A model generated the notes under the pieces. The model saw only the letters and a list, made by a program, of their open reading frames with translations, did not search any database and was not told where the DNA came from. Below, one piece after another: positions 1 through 12,944 of a stretch of DNA of 64,000 bases; the stretch's first letter is position 1; every line of letters starts with the position of its first letter. The stretch spans positions 2,418,001-2,482,000 of the forward strand of contig CATNEN010000003.1 in NCBI GenBank assembly GCA_950097015.1, written 5' to 3'. The DNA comes from Macrostomum hystrix. Lineage: Eukaryota; Animalia; Platyhelminthes. The translations under genes were made by a program, and so were the position numbers.

Positions 1-660
1 GCGGAAGAATGACTAGCTTCAAATAATCGGGATTCTCCAATCTAAGCCTAGTGTACATATGGGGTAGAGAAAATTAATGACTGGCTAGGGGGATTCCCGA
101 ATCTAAGCCTAGTGTACATATGGGGTAGAGAAATTTAATGACTGGCTAGGGGGATTCCCGAATCTAAGCCTAGTGTACATATGGGGTAGAGAAAATTCAT
201 GACTGGCTAGGGGGATTCCCGAATGTAAGTCTAGTGTACATATGAGGTTGAGAAAATTAATGACTGGCTAGGGGGATTCCCGAATCTAAGCCTAGTGTAC
301 ATATGGGGTAGAGAAAATTAATGACTGGCTAGGGGGATTCCCGAATCTAAGCCTAGTATACATATGGGGTAGAGAAAATTAATGACTGGCTAGGGGGATT
401 CCCGAATCTAAGCCTAGTGTACATATGGGGTAGAGAAAATTAATGACTGGCTAGGGGGATTCCCGAATCTAAGCCTAGTGTACATATGGGGTAGAGAAAA
501 TTAATGACTGGCTAGGGGGATTCCCGAATCTAAGCCTAGTATACATATGGGGTAGAGAAAATTAATGACTGGCTAGGGGGATTCCCCAATCTAAGCCTAG
601 TGTACATATGGATGATATGGTGTAGAGAAAGTTATTGACTGGCTAGGGTAATTCCCCAAT
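1..660. repeat. ~61-bp minisatellite in an ANKAR intron
   Basis: About 10 copies of gggattcccgaatctaagcctagtgtacatatggggtagagaaaattaatgactggctagg. Confidence 0.95.
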
Positions 661-733
661 TGACACGAAAATTTTAACGCAAGCACATACTTATAATTAA
701 GCTGAAAAAACTATAAAGTGAAAAGCAACTCAC

Positions 734-3700
734 CTGTGGACAAGATGGTGTTATGCCTGCGCACATTCACATCCATGGAGTTGTGCAACAGAAAAGTGAC
801 AATATGTGGCTTATTGTGCACAGCGGCGTGGTGAATTAGCGAGAGGCCGCTCTCGTCCTGCTTATTGAGCTCATTTTTGTGCTTTCGATACAACGAGAAG
901 AACATGGATTGCAGGCCGCGCTGAGCGCACAACTTCATGCCGGGTAGATTCTAAAAAAGAGAGAATACTACGATTAAAAAACACATCTAACTTCACAGAA
1001 GTATTTTTGCATGTATATTTTCACAAAGTACACTACTGTGAGTAGAAATACAAGAAAGTACTTTTAAAATTTTTATATTAGGACTAAAAATGATGTAACC
1101 GGCATGTTCGTTTTACAACGTATTTATCGGTCATTTAAAGACAAAAACTAAAAAACAATTCCTCTGCAGATAGATTTCTTAAACCTGTGAGTTTTCCCCT
1201 TCCAAAAATAGTGAGCTGAAAAGGGCGAACAACAGGCAGAGGATAAGGTGAGTTTACAAGTCAGAGGATTTGGAAAAAATTGTTGCTAGTATATTTAAAA
1301 TTGGCATGCGCAGCAACTTACTTAAAGTCAACATTTTCGCAGAAATTAATCTAAATAATAAGTCATAGATTCTATGAGTCATCAGTTACAAAGATTATTA
1401 AATTTGTTATAAGGTAGACAAAAGTAAAGTAAAGATATGCCATTTAACAGCTCATCAGTCAATAAATAGGCGATAATGCAACAAATATGAGCTTGTAGTA
1501 TTAGAAAATATGGGACAAGTGTTACGAAATCACATGAGATTGGGATTTGTGGAATAAAGTAATAGGATTTAGGGATTTTAGATAAGGATTAGATAATTTC
1601 GGATAAGTTTTATGGAACATAGGATGAGGATTAGGGAATATGGAATCATGATTGGGAAATGTAGGATTAGGAAAAGGGAATGTTGGATCAAGATTAAAGA
1701 ATGTGGGATCTATATCAGGAAATATGGGATTTTCGAATGGGGCTTAAAGAATGTGTAGTGGGGATTACGACTTAGGCAAGTGGAAATTGTATCATTAAGG
1801 GATATAACAAGATTTGCTATTATAAAATGCATAAAAAGCCGCAGCTTCACCTTGTGACACTTGATGGCCTTCTTCTGCCCGAAGAACTTCTTAAACTGGT
1901 CAAACAGCTGGGCCTCCTGCAGCGGCAGCTTCTTCTGCTGCAAAGCCTTCGCATTCTCCTCGTACATGGCCCGCACCCACTTTGGCTTCTGCGGCTGCTG
2001 AGGATAGAATGTCTCCAGCTGAATTGGGATCACGTAGTAACTGAGGGGAGAAACGGACGGGGAATGCAATTATATAGGCATAGATAGACATCAATCAAAG
2101 AACAATGGGTGAACTGAACTAAGATTCGGGATCAGAGAGTTGGGGATCAGAAGTTCGGGATTAGAGAACTGGGGATCAGAGAACTGGGGATCAGAGAGTT
2201 GGGGATCAGAGAGTTGGGGATCAGAGAGTTGGGGATCAGAGAGCTGGGGATCAGAGAGTTGAGGATCAAATAGTTGGGGATCAGAGAGTTGGGGATCAGA
2301 GAGCTGGGGATCAGAGAGTTGGGGATCAGAGAGTTAAAGATGAGATAGTTGGGGATCAGAGAGTTGGGGATCAGAGAGTTGGGGATCAGAGAGTTGGGGA
2401 TCGCAAACCTGCGCATATCGATCTCCACCGTGCCAACAGGATAGTGCTCTTGCGGTGCGGCATCCGGCCCTACTCTAGCTCGAATGTTGTCTGCCTCGCG
2501 TTCGATTTGTTCGCACAGGGGCCGGCTGACTTCGCGGTCGGCAGCCAGGGAGGTGGGCTCAGGTGTTTCAATGTCAAACGAAACCGAGCCGTGCAAATTG
2601 AAATAATGATTCGGTGGAAAGGCGAAATTCTTGCAGCGAAAATCTGGCCCAACAATTGTAGGCGGCAGTTCGCGCTCCGTTTTGACATCGTCGCCAATCA
2701 AAGGCGACAACAGGCAGGATAAATCTGGGATCCGCATTCGCTTCTTGATGCCAATGAAGAATGGGATTAGGAAGCTGGCGAGCTTGAGCAGCAGCAGGTT
2801 GCGGAGGCAGTGCTCGTTCTTGTCCAGGTGGGCGTGAATCGCGTCGGCTTGACGCTGAAGACGCGAATTGAGCAGCTCGTAACTGAAAGTTCCGAATTTG
2901 AGTTACGAATATTTCCGAATAACAAGAGCGAGAATTTTCCGAAACCGAATTTATTTTTGTTTCCGAAACCGAATTTCTTCTAGTTTCCGAAACCGAATTT
3001 CTTCTAGTTTCCGAAACCGAATTTGTTATAGTTTCCGAAACCGAATTTGTTATAGTTTCCGAAACCGAATTTGTTATAGCTTTTGAAACGAGTTTCTGAA
3101 ACCGAATTTTTTCTAGTTCCGGAAATCCAATTTATTTTTTTAATTATTTATTACGAACTTTTATGAATTTCTTTCTGTCTCCAAAACGAATTTCTTCTAA
3201 TTTCTGAAACATAATTTTTGCTTCTGACGAGGTTCTGTGTTTTTTGAAACCGAATTTCATGCGATTTCCGAAAAATATTAATTTTTCACTTTTTACGAAG
3301 ATCAGTGCAATAATTCGAATATAATGATAACTAATCATTTTGATTTTTGTTCTCAATCTTAACGCACCCTTCCTCGTCGATCTCCTCTTCCGTGAGAAGA
3401 ATCTGTGACATAACATTGAAATCGGCATCGACGAAGCTCATGTTTTTATAAGAATGCACCGTGCGCTGTCTCATTGTGAGGCACATCCGCATGCAGTCGG
3501 CCACGTCGGTGAAGGCTTTCCGCTCCTTGGCCAGCTTTGGATCGTTGACGTCCTCTTGGGGCAAACCCGAATAGACTGACTCCCAGCCTTGCTCCTGTGA
3601 TAGAGATTTCAGAAATAACGCTTTCAGGATGCAACACCTGTAAGATCTGGGATCAGCATTGGGATCTTGGAAATCAGGGGTCAGAACTAGGATCTTGGAA

Positions 3701-5604
3701 ATCTTGGATCAGGATCTTGGAAATGTGGGATCAGGATCTTGGAAATCTGGGATCAGGATCTTGGAAATCTGGGATCAGGATCTTGGAAATGTGGGATCAG
3801 GATCTTGGAAATCTGGGATCAGGATCTTTGAAATGTGGGATCAGGACTTGAATCTTAGAAATGCGGGATCAGAATCTTGGAAATCTGGGATCAGGATCTT
3901 TGAAATCTGGGATCAGGATCTTTGAAATGTGGGATCAGGACTTGAATCTTAGAAATGCGGGATCAGAATCTTGGAAATCTGGGATCAGGATCTTGGAAAT
4001 CTGGGATCAGGATCTTTGAAATGTAGGATCAGGATCTTTGAAATGTGGGATCAGGATCTTGGAAATGTGGGATCAGGATCTTTGAAATGTAGGATCAGGA
4101 TCTTGGAAATCTGGGATCAGGATCTTGGAAATGTGGGATCAGGATTAGGATCTTGGAAATCCGGGATCAAGATTAGGATCTTGGAAATGTAGGATCAGGA
4201 TTGGGATCTTGGAAATCAGTGGTTAGAATTGGGATCTTGGAAATGTGGGATCAGGATTAGGATCTTGGAAATGTGGGATCAGGATTGGGAGCTTGGAAAT
4301 CATGGGTCAGGATTGGGAGCTTGGAAATGTGGGATCAGGGTTGGGACCTTGGAAATCAGGGGTCGGGTTGAGGATCTTTGAAATCTGGGATAGCTAGACT
4401 AGCTAGATCATTTTTTTGATCTACCTGAGTGACATCAGTAAGTCCGGCAGCCAGAAACTCATTCAGAATGACCTTCAAAGTCTCCGGCTTCCCGGTCGCA
4501 CTATTAACCGCCATAGTTGATCGCCAACGCTCGGCAAATTTCACTCTCTTCTCCTTGGCCATGTGGGCGCCGTGCCATAGACTCTTGATCGCGCAGTCGA
4601 CAGCTAGCATTGTCTGGCCAATCTTGGTGTCGACGTAGGCTGGCGGTAGTTGGCAAGCGCAGGCTTGATCATAGTTAGTCTCCAAGGCCAGCTGGGGCCA
4701 TTGGTTGCAGCCGAAAATACCGATTGTTAGTTCGCGAATAATCTGGTGCACCTGAAATTATACAGTGTCATTAATACCTAAGGATTTAGCTATAAGGTTA
4801 GAGATCAAATAGGCAGATATTTATGGGATTGAGTAGAACTGAAACTGAAAGATGAGATGGGATAACTAGTTGGGTGAGATTGGAGAACTAGTTGGGTGAG
4901 ATTGGAGAACTAGTTGGGTGAGATTGGAGAACTAGTTGGGTGAGATTGGAGAACTAGTTGGGTGAGATTGGAGAACTAGTTGGGTGAGATTGGAGAACTA
5001 GTTGGGTGAGATTGGAGAACTAGTTGGGTGAGATTGGAGAACTAGTTGGGTGAGATTGGAGAACTAGTTGGGTGAGATTGGAGAACTAGTTGGGTGAGAT
5101 TGGAGAACTAGTTGGGTGAGATTGGAGAACTAGTTGGGTGAGATTGGAGAACTAGTTGGGTGAGATTGGAGAACTAGATAAGTGAGATTGGAGAACTAGT
5201 TGGATGAGATTGGATAAATAGGAGGCTGAGATGGGAGGATAAGATTGGTGAGATTGGAGGTTGAGAATATGAGATACAGAGCGTCTCTGGATTCGAACCT
5301 CCTTGAAATCCAGCGGCGCGTGCTGCCTGTCGGGCACTGGAAGCAGTACAAAGTGCATCGCAGGGTCAGCTAGGCTGGCACTGCTAACAATACCCAAAGG
5401 GTGCTCAATAGGCAATTTGAACTCAGGCGATAGGAGCCAATTGGAGCTGGTCCAGGCTAGCAGCTCCTGCTGTTCGTAGCGTTCTAATCGTTCAGAGAAT
5501 GCCGAAGCCATTCTACTGGCCTCCTGCATCTCGGAGTCGTCCTCAGCCGGAGCATCTGATCGTTTATCGGGGCCCTTGGCTGCTGCTGCCGCTAAGCTGC
5601 TCAT
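734..5604 (-). CDS. ANKAR: Ankyrin and armadillo repeat-containing protein (ANKAR-like), 5' part; continues off the left edge of the window
   Basis: Six phase-compatible GT-AG exons: 5604-5299, 4751-4425, 3594-3368, 2882-2409, 2040-1851, 950-734. The translation (…LDFKEVHQIIRELTIGIFGCNQWPQLALETNYDQACACQLPPAYVDTKIGQTML…LWHGAHMAKEKRVKFAERWR; ankyrin repeat DESGLSLIHHAAVHNKPHIVTFLL) matches the ANKAR N-terminus as I recall it. Confidence 0.88.
2125..2402. repeat. 15-bp minisatellite (ggggatcagagagtt), intronic
   Basis: Tandem copies start right next to the donor of exon 2882-2409. Confidence 0.95.
2935..3110. repeat. 24-bp minisatellite (ttccgaaaccgaatttgttatagt), intronic
   Basis: About 7 tandem copies. 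Confidence 0.9.
3645..4390. repeat. ~22-bp minisatellite (gggatcaggatcttggaaatct), intronic
   Basis: Tandem copies fill most of the intron 3595-4424. Confidence 0.95.
4865..5195. repeat. 22-bp minisatellite (aactagttgggtgagattggag), intronic
   Basis: About 14 near-perfect copies. Confidence 0.95.
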
Positions 5605-6495
5605 TCTGAGTTGGTTGGACTGAGCTGTAGAGAGATATTACAATCAATTTTTTTACTGAGGCTGCACTGAGAAATGAAACTTCTGTCTATGGCAAAGATC
5701 TAATAGTCTATGGTTGAACCCAGATATACTACTGAATAATAATCTGTCAATAATAACTGATACTGAAAACAGAAGAGAACTGTTAATTATTGATTCTTAA
5801 AAATCTCCAGCCTAAAAATATGTTCTAAAGAATTTAGGAAATTTTTGGATTGTTGGAAACTATAACTCATGTCTAGCAGTTTACACCAGAAGTGTCCAAT
5901 AGCAGATACCTTTATTTTTAACATACTAAGTAAACAAGTCTCTTGTTTTTTATATAATGAGGACTTCTCAATATTTTATTATATACAAATTCAATAATAT
6001 ATACCTTTAAGTACTTCAAGCAGATATATATTTAATTAACAACACAAGGCACTAAATGTCTATAGCTAATGCAGATACTTTTAAATATTTCTGTAATCCA
6101 TTCTCCTGCTTTAATGGCCTTAGAATTACTTACTATCAGCTTAAATTAGTACAAAAGTTTTGTCCTTTTAATGGATGTTTTAGGCCTAATACAATTTTTG
6201 TTACATAGTACTTTAACATAACCTGTCTATTGCCAACACCTATCAAATTATAGCCATTTTCTATAAATAAGTATAAGCTGTAATTGTAATTGTATAACTG
6301 TATTGTATAACTTGTAAACTTGTAAACTTCTAACTTATAAATTGTATAACTATAATTGTATAACTATAATTAGGAGCTTAGAGCATTTAGACAAAATATT
6401 CAATATGTCAATAGTCAAAATTTAAAAAGCTTTTTTAGCCCTGTACTATATATAGCTTTTTGCTGAAACCTTTAAATAAATAGTATTAATAATAA

Positions 6496-6971
6496 GGCAA
6501 TGTTCTAACTTCCGTTTGTTATATTATTTTTTTAATTTTAATTTGTGCCACATGTGCATTCTAAGTTTGAAAAAGTTGTGGTGACATGACTTTGCCGTGA
6601 CTTGACACTTGGATCTATGTCTATGGCAAAATCTGGCAAATATGGGGGAACAGGAAGCTAAGGCACAGAAATTCTGCAGCTGAAGATTTTGCGAAGGCCA
6701 AGCTGCGTCAAATGCATGACACGAGTGCTGCTCTATTTGAAAGCCACCTCGAAAAATTCTTATGGTGCCATCTATACCCCAAGAATAGCTTCGGTGCCCT
6801 CCTCAACTGGATTAGGCACTTACCTGGTTTGAAAGAAGAAAGACTAAGCAAGACTTTTCAGAACTGTCTGACCAAACTACAGACTTTTTGTTACCATTAA
6901 ACTTGTTTTTTGTTGTTATCTGTCATTTGCAAACAAAAAAATAATATAACGAACGGAAGTAAAACATTGCC
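6496..6971. mobile_element. MITE-like non-autonomous DNA transposon
   Basis: About 38-bp terminal inverted repeats: ggcaatgttctaacttccgtttgttatattatttttt (6496) and aaaaaaataatataacgaacggaagtaaaacattgcc (ends 6971). The flanks are AT-rich and the interior is non-coding. Confidence 0.75.
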
Positions 6972-8671
6972 ATTAATAAATTGCTAATAAGTAATGAAAC
7001 AATAGGCCTATAAGTATAATAAATAATTTTGATTTTATTACTGAATTTTAAGAGAATAGAAAAGTTAGATTAAAGTTATATGAAATAGTTAAGTAAATTA
7101 AAGACTGTTAAAACTAAACTTAAACTAAAGTAAAGGTTATGTTTATCAAAAAGGCAATGCCAAATCACAACATCAGCAAAAGCTTAAAAAGCGGCTATTT
7201 TTACTTTACCTCCATTTTAATAGGGATAATGACTAGATAGGATTTTAAACTATTGCTGTCAAACTAATGTCAAACTAATATTAGTGCTATTACAGTCTGT
7301 ATTACTATAGTAAACAGACTGAAACTGATACTCGACATTAAAATTTAGATTTTTTATTCTTTGATTTGTTTAATAAATGCACAAAAACTGGAAAATTGAC
7401 CTTAAAGAGTTGTCTGGACATGGACATTGGACAGGAGCCCAGACATAGGAGTAAGCAACTGCTAGGCCCATTGCAACAGTCACTGCATGGTATGGTTACC
7501 TTTAGCGCTATATGGATCTTATATACTGATACACCAGCGAAATACAAACTCACGATAAATAGAGAATAATAATATTTTAGGATTGATATTGAGTATGGCG
7601 AGTGTGGCAGCGTCGTCCGGCATAGCTTAAAGACTAAAATAAGTACTAAAAGTACAGTTTCTTTATATAAAGCAGAATTGAATAACTATCATATAAAGTT
7701 ATCTTTCAACACTGTTGACCAAAAAATAGAACAAGTCACTAAGCATGCATAACAAACAAGTATACACATTTCCATTCAAAGTTTCCACGAGACATTGGAA
7801 AAATTATTTCGTTGAAACTTGCACGCTACAAATATATTATTTTTGCTTAGATACGAGTGCTTGTTCCAAAAATTTTAGTTTTTGTTGTTATTCCTAGCAA
7901 TTTTATTAAAACAAAATATTTTTCTATAGACATTTCTAGCAATCTTAAGTCAGTTTTAGTTATATTTACTGTAAATTTACGGACTTGTACTAAAAAGCCC
8001 AAACGAGTAAAAGTTATCGGAACGCACGCTGATCCACTTCAATGCACAACATTCCAAATAATCGATACACTTGGGAAACCTATAATCTTAATGCCAACTT
8101 TATCCTTGCAGAGTTGCTTCGTCTAAAAGTGGAAAAAATTTACGTGTAAGTTAGCCAGTGTAGCATATAGCACATTTTGCTTTTGTGACTTAAAGTTGTA
8201 ATCTTGCGAATATTGTACTAGCAACTGTCCATTATGCACTCCTTTATTACCCAGAAAAATATGTAACCTTTGGTATACGACAGTACCACCAGTTATTTTC
8301 CTATTGCACGACAGCTCACCCGTCATCATGCAAAATGCGTATTTCAAAATTTTGAAGTTGAAAATAAAGCGACTGTAATACATAACCGATACTATACAAT
8401 TTCGATTATTTGTCATAGTTGTGCAATTACGTCATTACATCGTGTAACGCTTATTCTCGAAAACCGTGGAAAGCATATAAGGACAACACAGAAGATATAT
8501 TTATGAAAGAAAATTTATTCGACCGAAAATAATTTTACTGTTTTAAACAGAAATACTTAAGAAGTATAAAGTAGCTAGAATATACATAACTCTCGACGTG
8601 AAAGAACAATTATAATTGTTTTCTGTAATACAAATGTAACACAAGATCACAACTCGAAGTCCGATTGCGGA

Positions 8672-9021
8672 TTAGGAGAAGGCCTCGTGGTGGTACACGA
8701 ACTCTCCCAGCCCGCTGCCAACTCGCTTCAGCTGCGTGATGTGCGCAGAAAACTTGGCGATGGCCTCCAGCTGGTCCTGCAGGAACTCGCTCTCTAGAAA
8801 GTCCGTCAGCTGGGCATCCTCGTGCTTCGCGGCGATATTGTGCAGGTTCAGCAGGCTCTGGTTGACAACGCGCTCGAGCTGCAGAGCGTCCTCCATGGCC
8901 TCCAGTATGGATCCCCAGGCCTGCTTGCTGGGCTTGCTGACATTGTCCAGCACGACGGTGCCACCTCGCTGGTTGATGAGCTTCATCAGCTTCTCGGCAT
9001 GCTCCCGCTCCTCCTTGGATC
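8672..9021 (-). pseudogene. Ferritin heavy-chain-like, C-terminal two-thirds only (N-terminal exon not found in window)
   Basis: SKEEREHAEKLMKLINQRGG…MEDALQLERVVNQSLLNLH…DAQLTDFLESEFLQDQLEAI…LKRVGSGLGEFVY are typical ferritin motifs. There is an AG acceptor at 9022-9023, but upstream lies an RTE fragment instead of the helix-A exon. Confidence 0.75.
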
Positions 9022-9086
9022 CTGGTAGTAGGATGTAGGATGTAGGGTGTAGGATGCGAACAGCTCCAGGTTGACCTGTCACGGAC

Positions 9087-10181
9087 TACTACTATACTGC
9101 TACTATACTATCTACTAGTGGTCCTTGTGAAATTCACATACATACATTACACACATTTACACTGCCACAGAAGAAGGCAAAGAAAAAGGGGCGAGCATGG
9201 GGCGAAAGAGAAAAATGGGGAAAGAAAGGGGAAAAGTGAGAGCATGGCGGCAGTGTCAGAGCACTCTCCTCATGGCTCGCTCCCTGAAGGCAGCCGCAGC
9301 GTTGTTCCGGTCGATGACACCGGCATCAGCAAGCAGGCAGTCCACGTAACGGCGCGTCCTGGCCTGCCCCCGGCGCCAGGGGCCCCGCAGCGTGAGCAGC
9401 AGGACGTCCTGCACTGGTTCAGGGCAGTAGGCTTCCGCGTGGATCACGTGGCCCGCCAGCTGCAGCCGCCGCCGCCGGATGGTCTCGCTGGGTGGTCGCA
9501 GGCCAGCTCGTCGATAGAGGGCCGCGTTCGAGACGACCTCGGGGTAGGAGATGCCGAAGGCCGCGCGCAACAGGCTTCTACAGCGTCTCGGTCAGCGTCC
9601 ACGTCTCGGCGTTGTAGGTCAGGACGGTCTCGACCACCGCCTGAAACGGCCGAGACCTCAGGCGATCTGGCAGCGCGGCGCTCTGCAGAACAACCCGGAC
9701 TGAGCGGAAGGCCGCCCAAGCCAGGCCTCTGCGTCGCGCCAGGTCCTCCTGAACGCTGGGTACCAGCCCCGCCGAGGTACGTGAAACGCGTGCAGCGGGG
9801 TAGAGGGGCCGCGTGACTGTTTGCGCCGCGGCAGGTGATATTGGCAGGCAGCTCCGCTGGCACCGTCAGGACCTCCGTCTTGTCGGTGTTAACAACCAGG
9901 CCGACCGTAGCCGCTACCGCCACCAATCTGTCCAGCATCCGCTGGGCTCCATCCGCCGTAGAGGCCAGCAGCACCAGGTCGTCAGCGTAGCCCAGCAGCG
10001 ACAGTCTCTTCTCTGGATGGCGGCTGCTCGTGCGCCTGCACAGCATGAAGCCGTCGGCGTCGGATGGAAGCGCAGTCCGCAGCACCCAGTTGAGGACCAG
10101 CACGAACAAGAAGGGCGCTAGCGTGTCGCCCTGCAGCACTCCAGATGTTGTACTGAATGGGTCCGACAGCCCGTCGGGCGT
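9087..10181 (-). mobile_element. 5'-truncated, frameshifted non-LTR retrotransposon (RTE-like clade): RT and C-terminal region
   Basis: RT motifs GVLQGDTLAPFLF, YADDL, VGLVVNTDKTE and FTYLG are present. An RTE-type C-terminus (SNAALY…IRRRRLQLAGHV…RRGQARTRRYVD) is in another frame. A (TAG)-rich simple-repeat tail lies at about 9087-9118. Confidence 0.9.
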
Positions 10182-10578
10182 TCTTAGTATTCTTTAGGCG
10201 CATCAAAAGACTGTCCATGGACTGGAGTATAGCCGCCACATTCGCTTAAGTTTCTAACCCCAGCTATAAATACGAGTAATTAAGCGTCTCAGTTAAAAGA
10301 TTACTAAGAGAAAAAACTGCTGTGATTGCTTAGTCACACAATTTAGACACCAATTTTAGATCGGAGAAAATGTCTGTATTTTTCTTTCATCAATATTATT
10401 CTCAAATGCTATATACTGATGTCGATTAGCTCTTAATCAGAAATAGTTTGGTTTCGAAGAATGGTGCACTGAGTTATAGACAGGATTGATTGTATTTTTT
10501 ACAGTTATCAATCAGCAGGATACATTGCGACCTGTTGATGAGTTGTTAAAGTATAGGGCCAATCCAGAGTCCGACAGT

Positions 10579-10908
10579 TCAGTTCAAGACGCTGTTCAAA
10601 TGCCACCAGGCTTGCAGGGGTTCGCGAAGGCGCGTTCGCTTGTCCTTCGTGGTTCTCTCCTTGAAAAACTCCCCGAACTCAGTGCTGGATCGTTTGCTAA
10701 AGAATGGAAAGTAGATCTCGTGACCGTTCCAGGCGTCGGTTTGGCGTTTTACTAGACGCCTGTACAACTTGCCACGGGGAGCTGGAAGGCGCTGCTGCTG
10801 CTGATGATGATCATGATGGCCGCCACTTGTGGGTGCGGCCGATACAGTCACAGCGACGGCCACAGTTGCCACGAGAAGGCAAAAGTACACGGGATGCCGT
10901 GTCTTCAT
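10579..10908 (-). CDS. Secreted neuropeptide/prohormone-like precursor (109 aa)
   Basis: Hydrophobic signal peptide (VYFCLLVATVAVAVTVSA). Dibasic sites flank KR-QTDAWNGHEIYFPFFS-KR. A 5'UTR intron runs 10932-11033 (gtaag…ttttag), with a TATA box upstream. Confidence 0.7.
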   Translation of the reverse strand: MKTRHPVYFCLLVATVAVAVTVSAAPTSGGHHDHHQQQQRLPAPRGKLYRRLVKRQTDAWNGHEIYFPFFSKRSSTEFGEFFKERTTKDKRTRLREPLQAWWHLNSVLN

Positions 10909-11159
10909 TCTCGGATTTTATCGTTTCAGTTCTAAAATCGATTGAGATAAATAAAATAAGCATCGATACTACAATCAGTCTTCAGGCCCTTTTGATTATA
11001 AGTCAAGTTAGCCAAAAGACAACGGGAGCTTACCTGAGGAAATAACAAATTAACAATATTCCTTTGGGGTCGAAGAACTCGGGAGAAAAATGGAGAGAGC
11101 AGTTTTCGGGATAAGACTCCTCTAGCCAGTGGAATTTTCAACTCCCACGCAAGAATCAA

Positions 11160-11206
11160 TTTTATAACAGACAGTGGCAGGGCTGCAGGGTAGTCAGTGA
11201 GCCAAT
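11160..11206 (-). promoter_or_regulatory. Putative TATA box (TTATAAAA, 11167-11160) and CCAAT box (11202-11206) of the neuropeptide-like gene
   Basis: Both motifs lie about 130-170 bp upstream of the first donor at 11033, at plausible spacing. Confidence 0.45.
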
Positions 11207-11434
11207 AGAAATCAGCCTGGAGGTGTGTCAGAGTTCCATGTCTGAATTAATATTCTACGCTTCTAAATATTAACTACTTACATTCACATTTTAGCACAAA
11301 AATATATAAGCTCGCACACGGTCATCTGATCAGTCAACTTTACGTCCTCACTATGTTTATTGATTGGCAGCATTTTTTAAAGACATTTTTAGTGAGTCTC
11401 ATAGAATTCCCTCCCTATCTTTTCCCACAAACTC

Positions 11435-11622
11435 ACTCCGCCAGCCACCTCACTGCACCAGACACGCATTCCACCAGCCATCTCACTCCGCCAGCCACCT
11501 CACTGCACCAGCCACAACACTCCGCCAGCCACCTCACTCCGCCAGCCACCTCACTGCACCAGCCAAAACACTTCGCCAGCCACCTCACTGCACCAGCCAC
11601 CTCACTGCACCAGCCACCTCAC
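11435..11622. repeat. C-rich minisatellite (gccagccacctcactgcacca variants)
   Basis: Tandem degenerate copies. Confidence 0.85.
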
Positions 11623-12304
11623 TCTAGAGTTTTTTAACGAAGCGAACGAACGATATGTCGCTAAATACTTTGGTAGTCAAAGTAAACTACTAGTACAGCA
11701 CGTACGAACGCGTTCTCTAAGCTCTTTCTTGTTTTTTAGCAGAAACATCGAGAGAGAAAAAGTCGTCTCTCTGCCGAAATCAATACCATTTGAGGCTTTC
11801 CCTTTTACCTCAAATGGTCCATCGCTTGCTAAAAAAATAGAAGGACTCCACTCCACTCTAGCCCCCACGAGCGACTCCTACGCACAATGAGAAACAGCTG
11901 GGATAAATGGCTTCCACCCACGCAATCTTCGATCTCATTCTCCCCTGTCATCCCCACAGCCAAAAACAATCTCATTGGTGTGAAAATATATGCGACTATT
12001 CTTTCTATGGCAAATGGGTCATGATTAGATTTGTAGTGCTGCCTTACAGCCTGATTGCATTTTAAATGCTGAGCCATTCTCATTTGTAATTCGATAAAAC
12101 ACCGTGCTTCTGTGTTTGACCTCAGTTGAACCGCATCGATAATGCTCATGATAGAAGCTAATCATTGTACTCCTGGAAGATATTGAGTATTCAGGACAAA
12201 CAAAACCAAAAGGCAAAGAAATCAAGCAAATACGCTCGTAAATAAACAAATGACAAACAAACAAGAAAATAAACAAACAACCAAATCAAAAACAAAACGA
12301 ACAA

Positions 12305-12672
<368 letters not shown>

Positions 12673-12944
12673 AGAATTCTGCACTTCGCAGCACTGTACC
12701 CGCGCGTGGCCTTTAGACTGTACAAAGAAAGTTTTATCTGAGATTTTTAGCAAGAATACAGCGGCAAACAGAATATTTTGTTATCAGTTGAGCATTCTAG
12801 GCATTAAATATCTACCCCTGGGTTGCCAACATGCTTAAACTATTCTCTGATCAACTTTGCACTTTCACCGTCAGTGGCAACACCAGCAGAAGTTGCTCAT
12901 TTACCTAATTAACTGGCTAAAAGGTGGCCAAAGACTCTGTCTAG

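Noticed and set aside
1360-1390. CTGATGA followed by a hairpin on the minus strand (hammerhead candidate)
   Set aside because: No GAAA or stem III/NUH follows the hairpin.
9118-9816. 232-aa plus-strand ORF
   Set aside because: Antisense shadow of the GC-rich RTE coding sequence.
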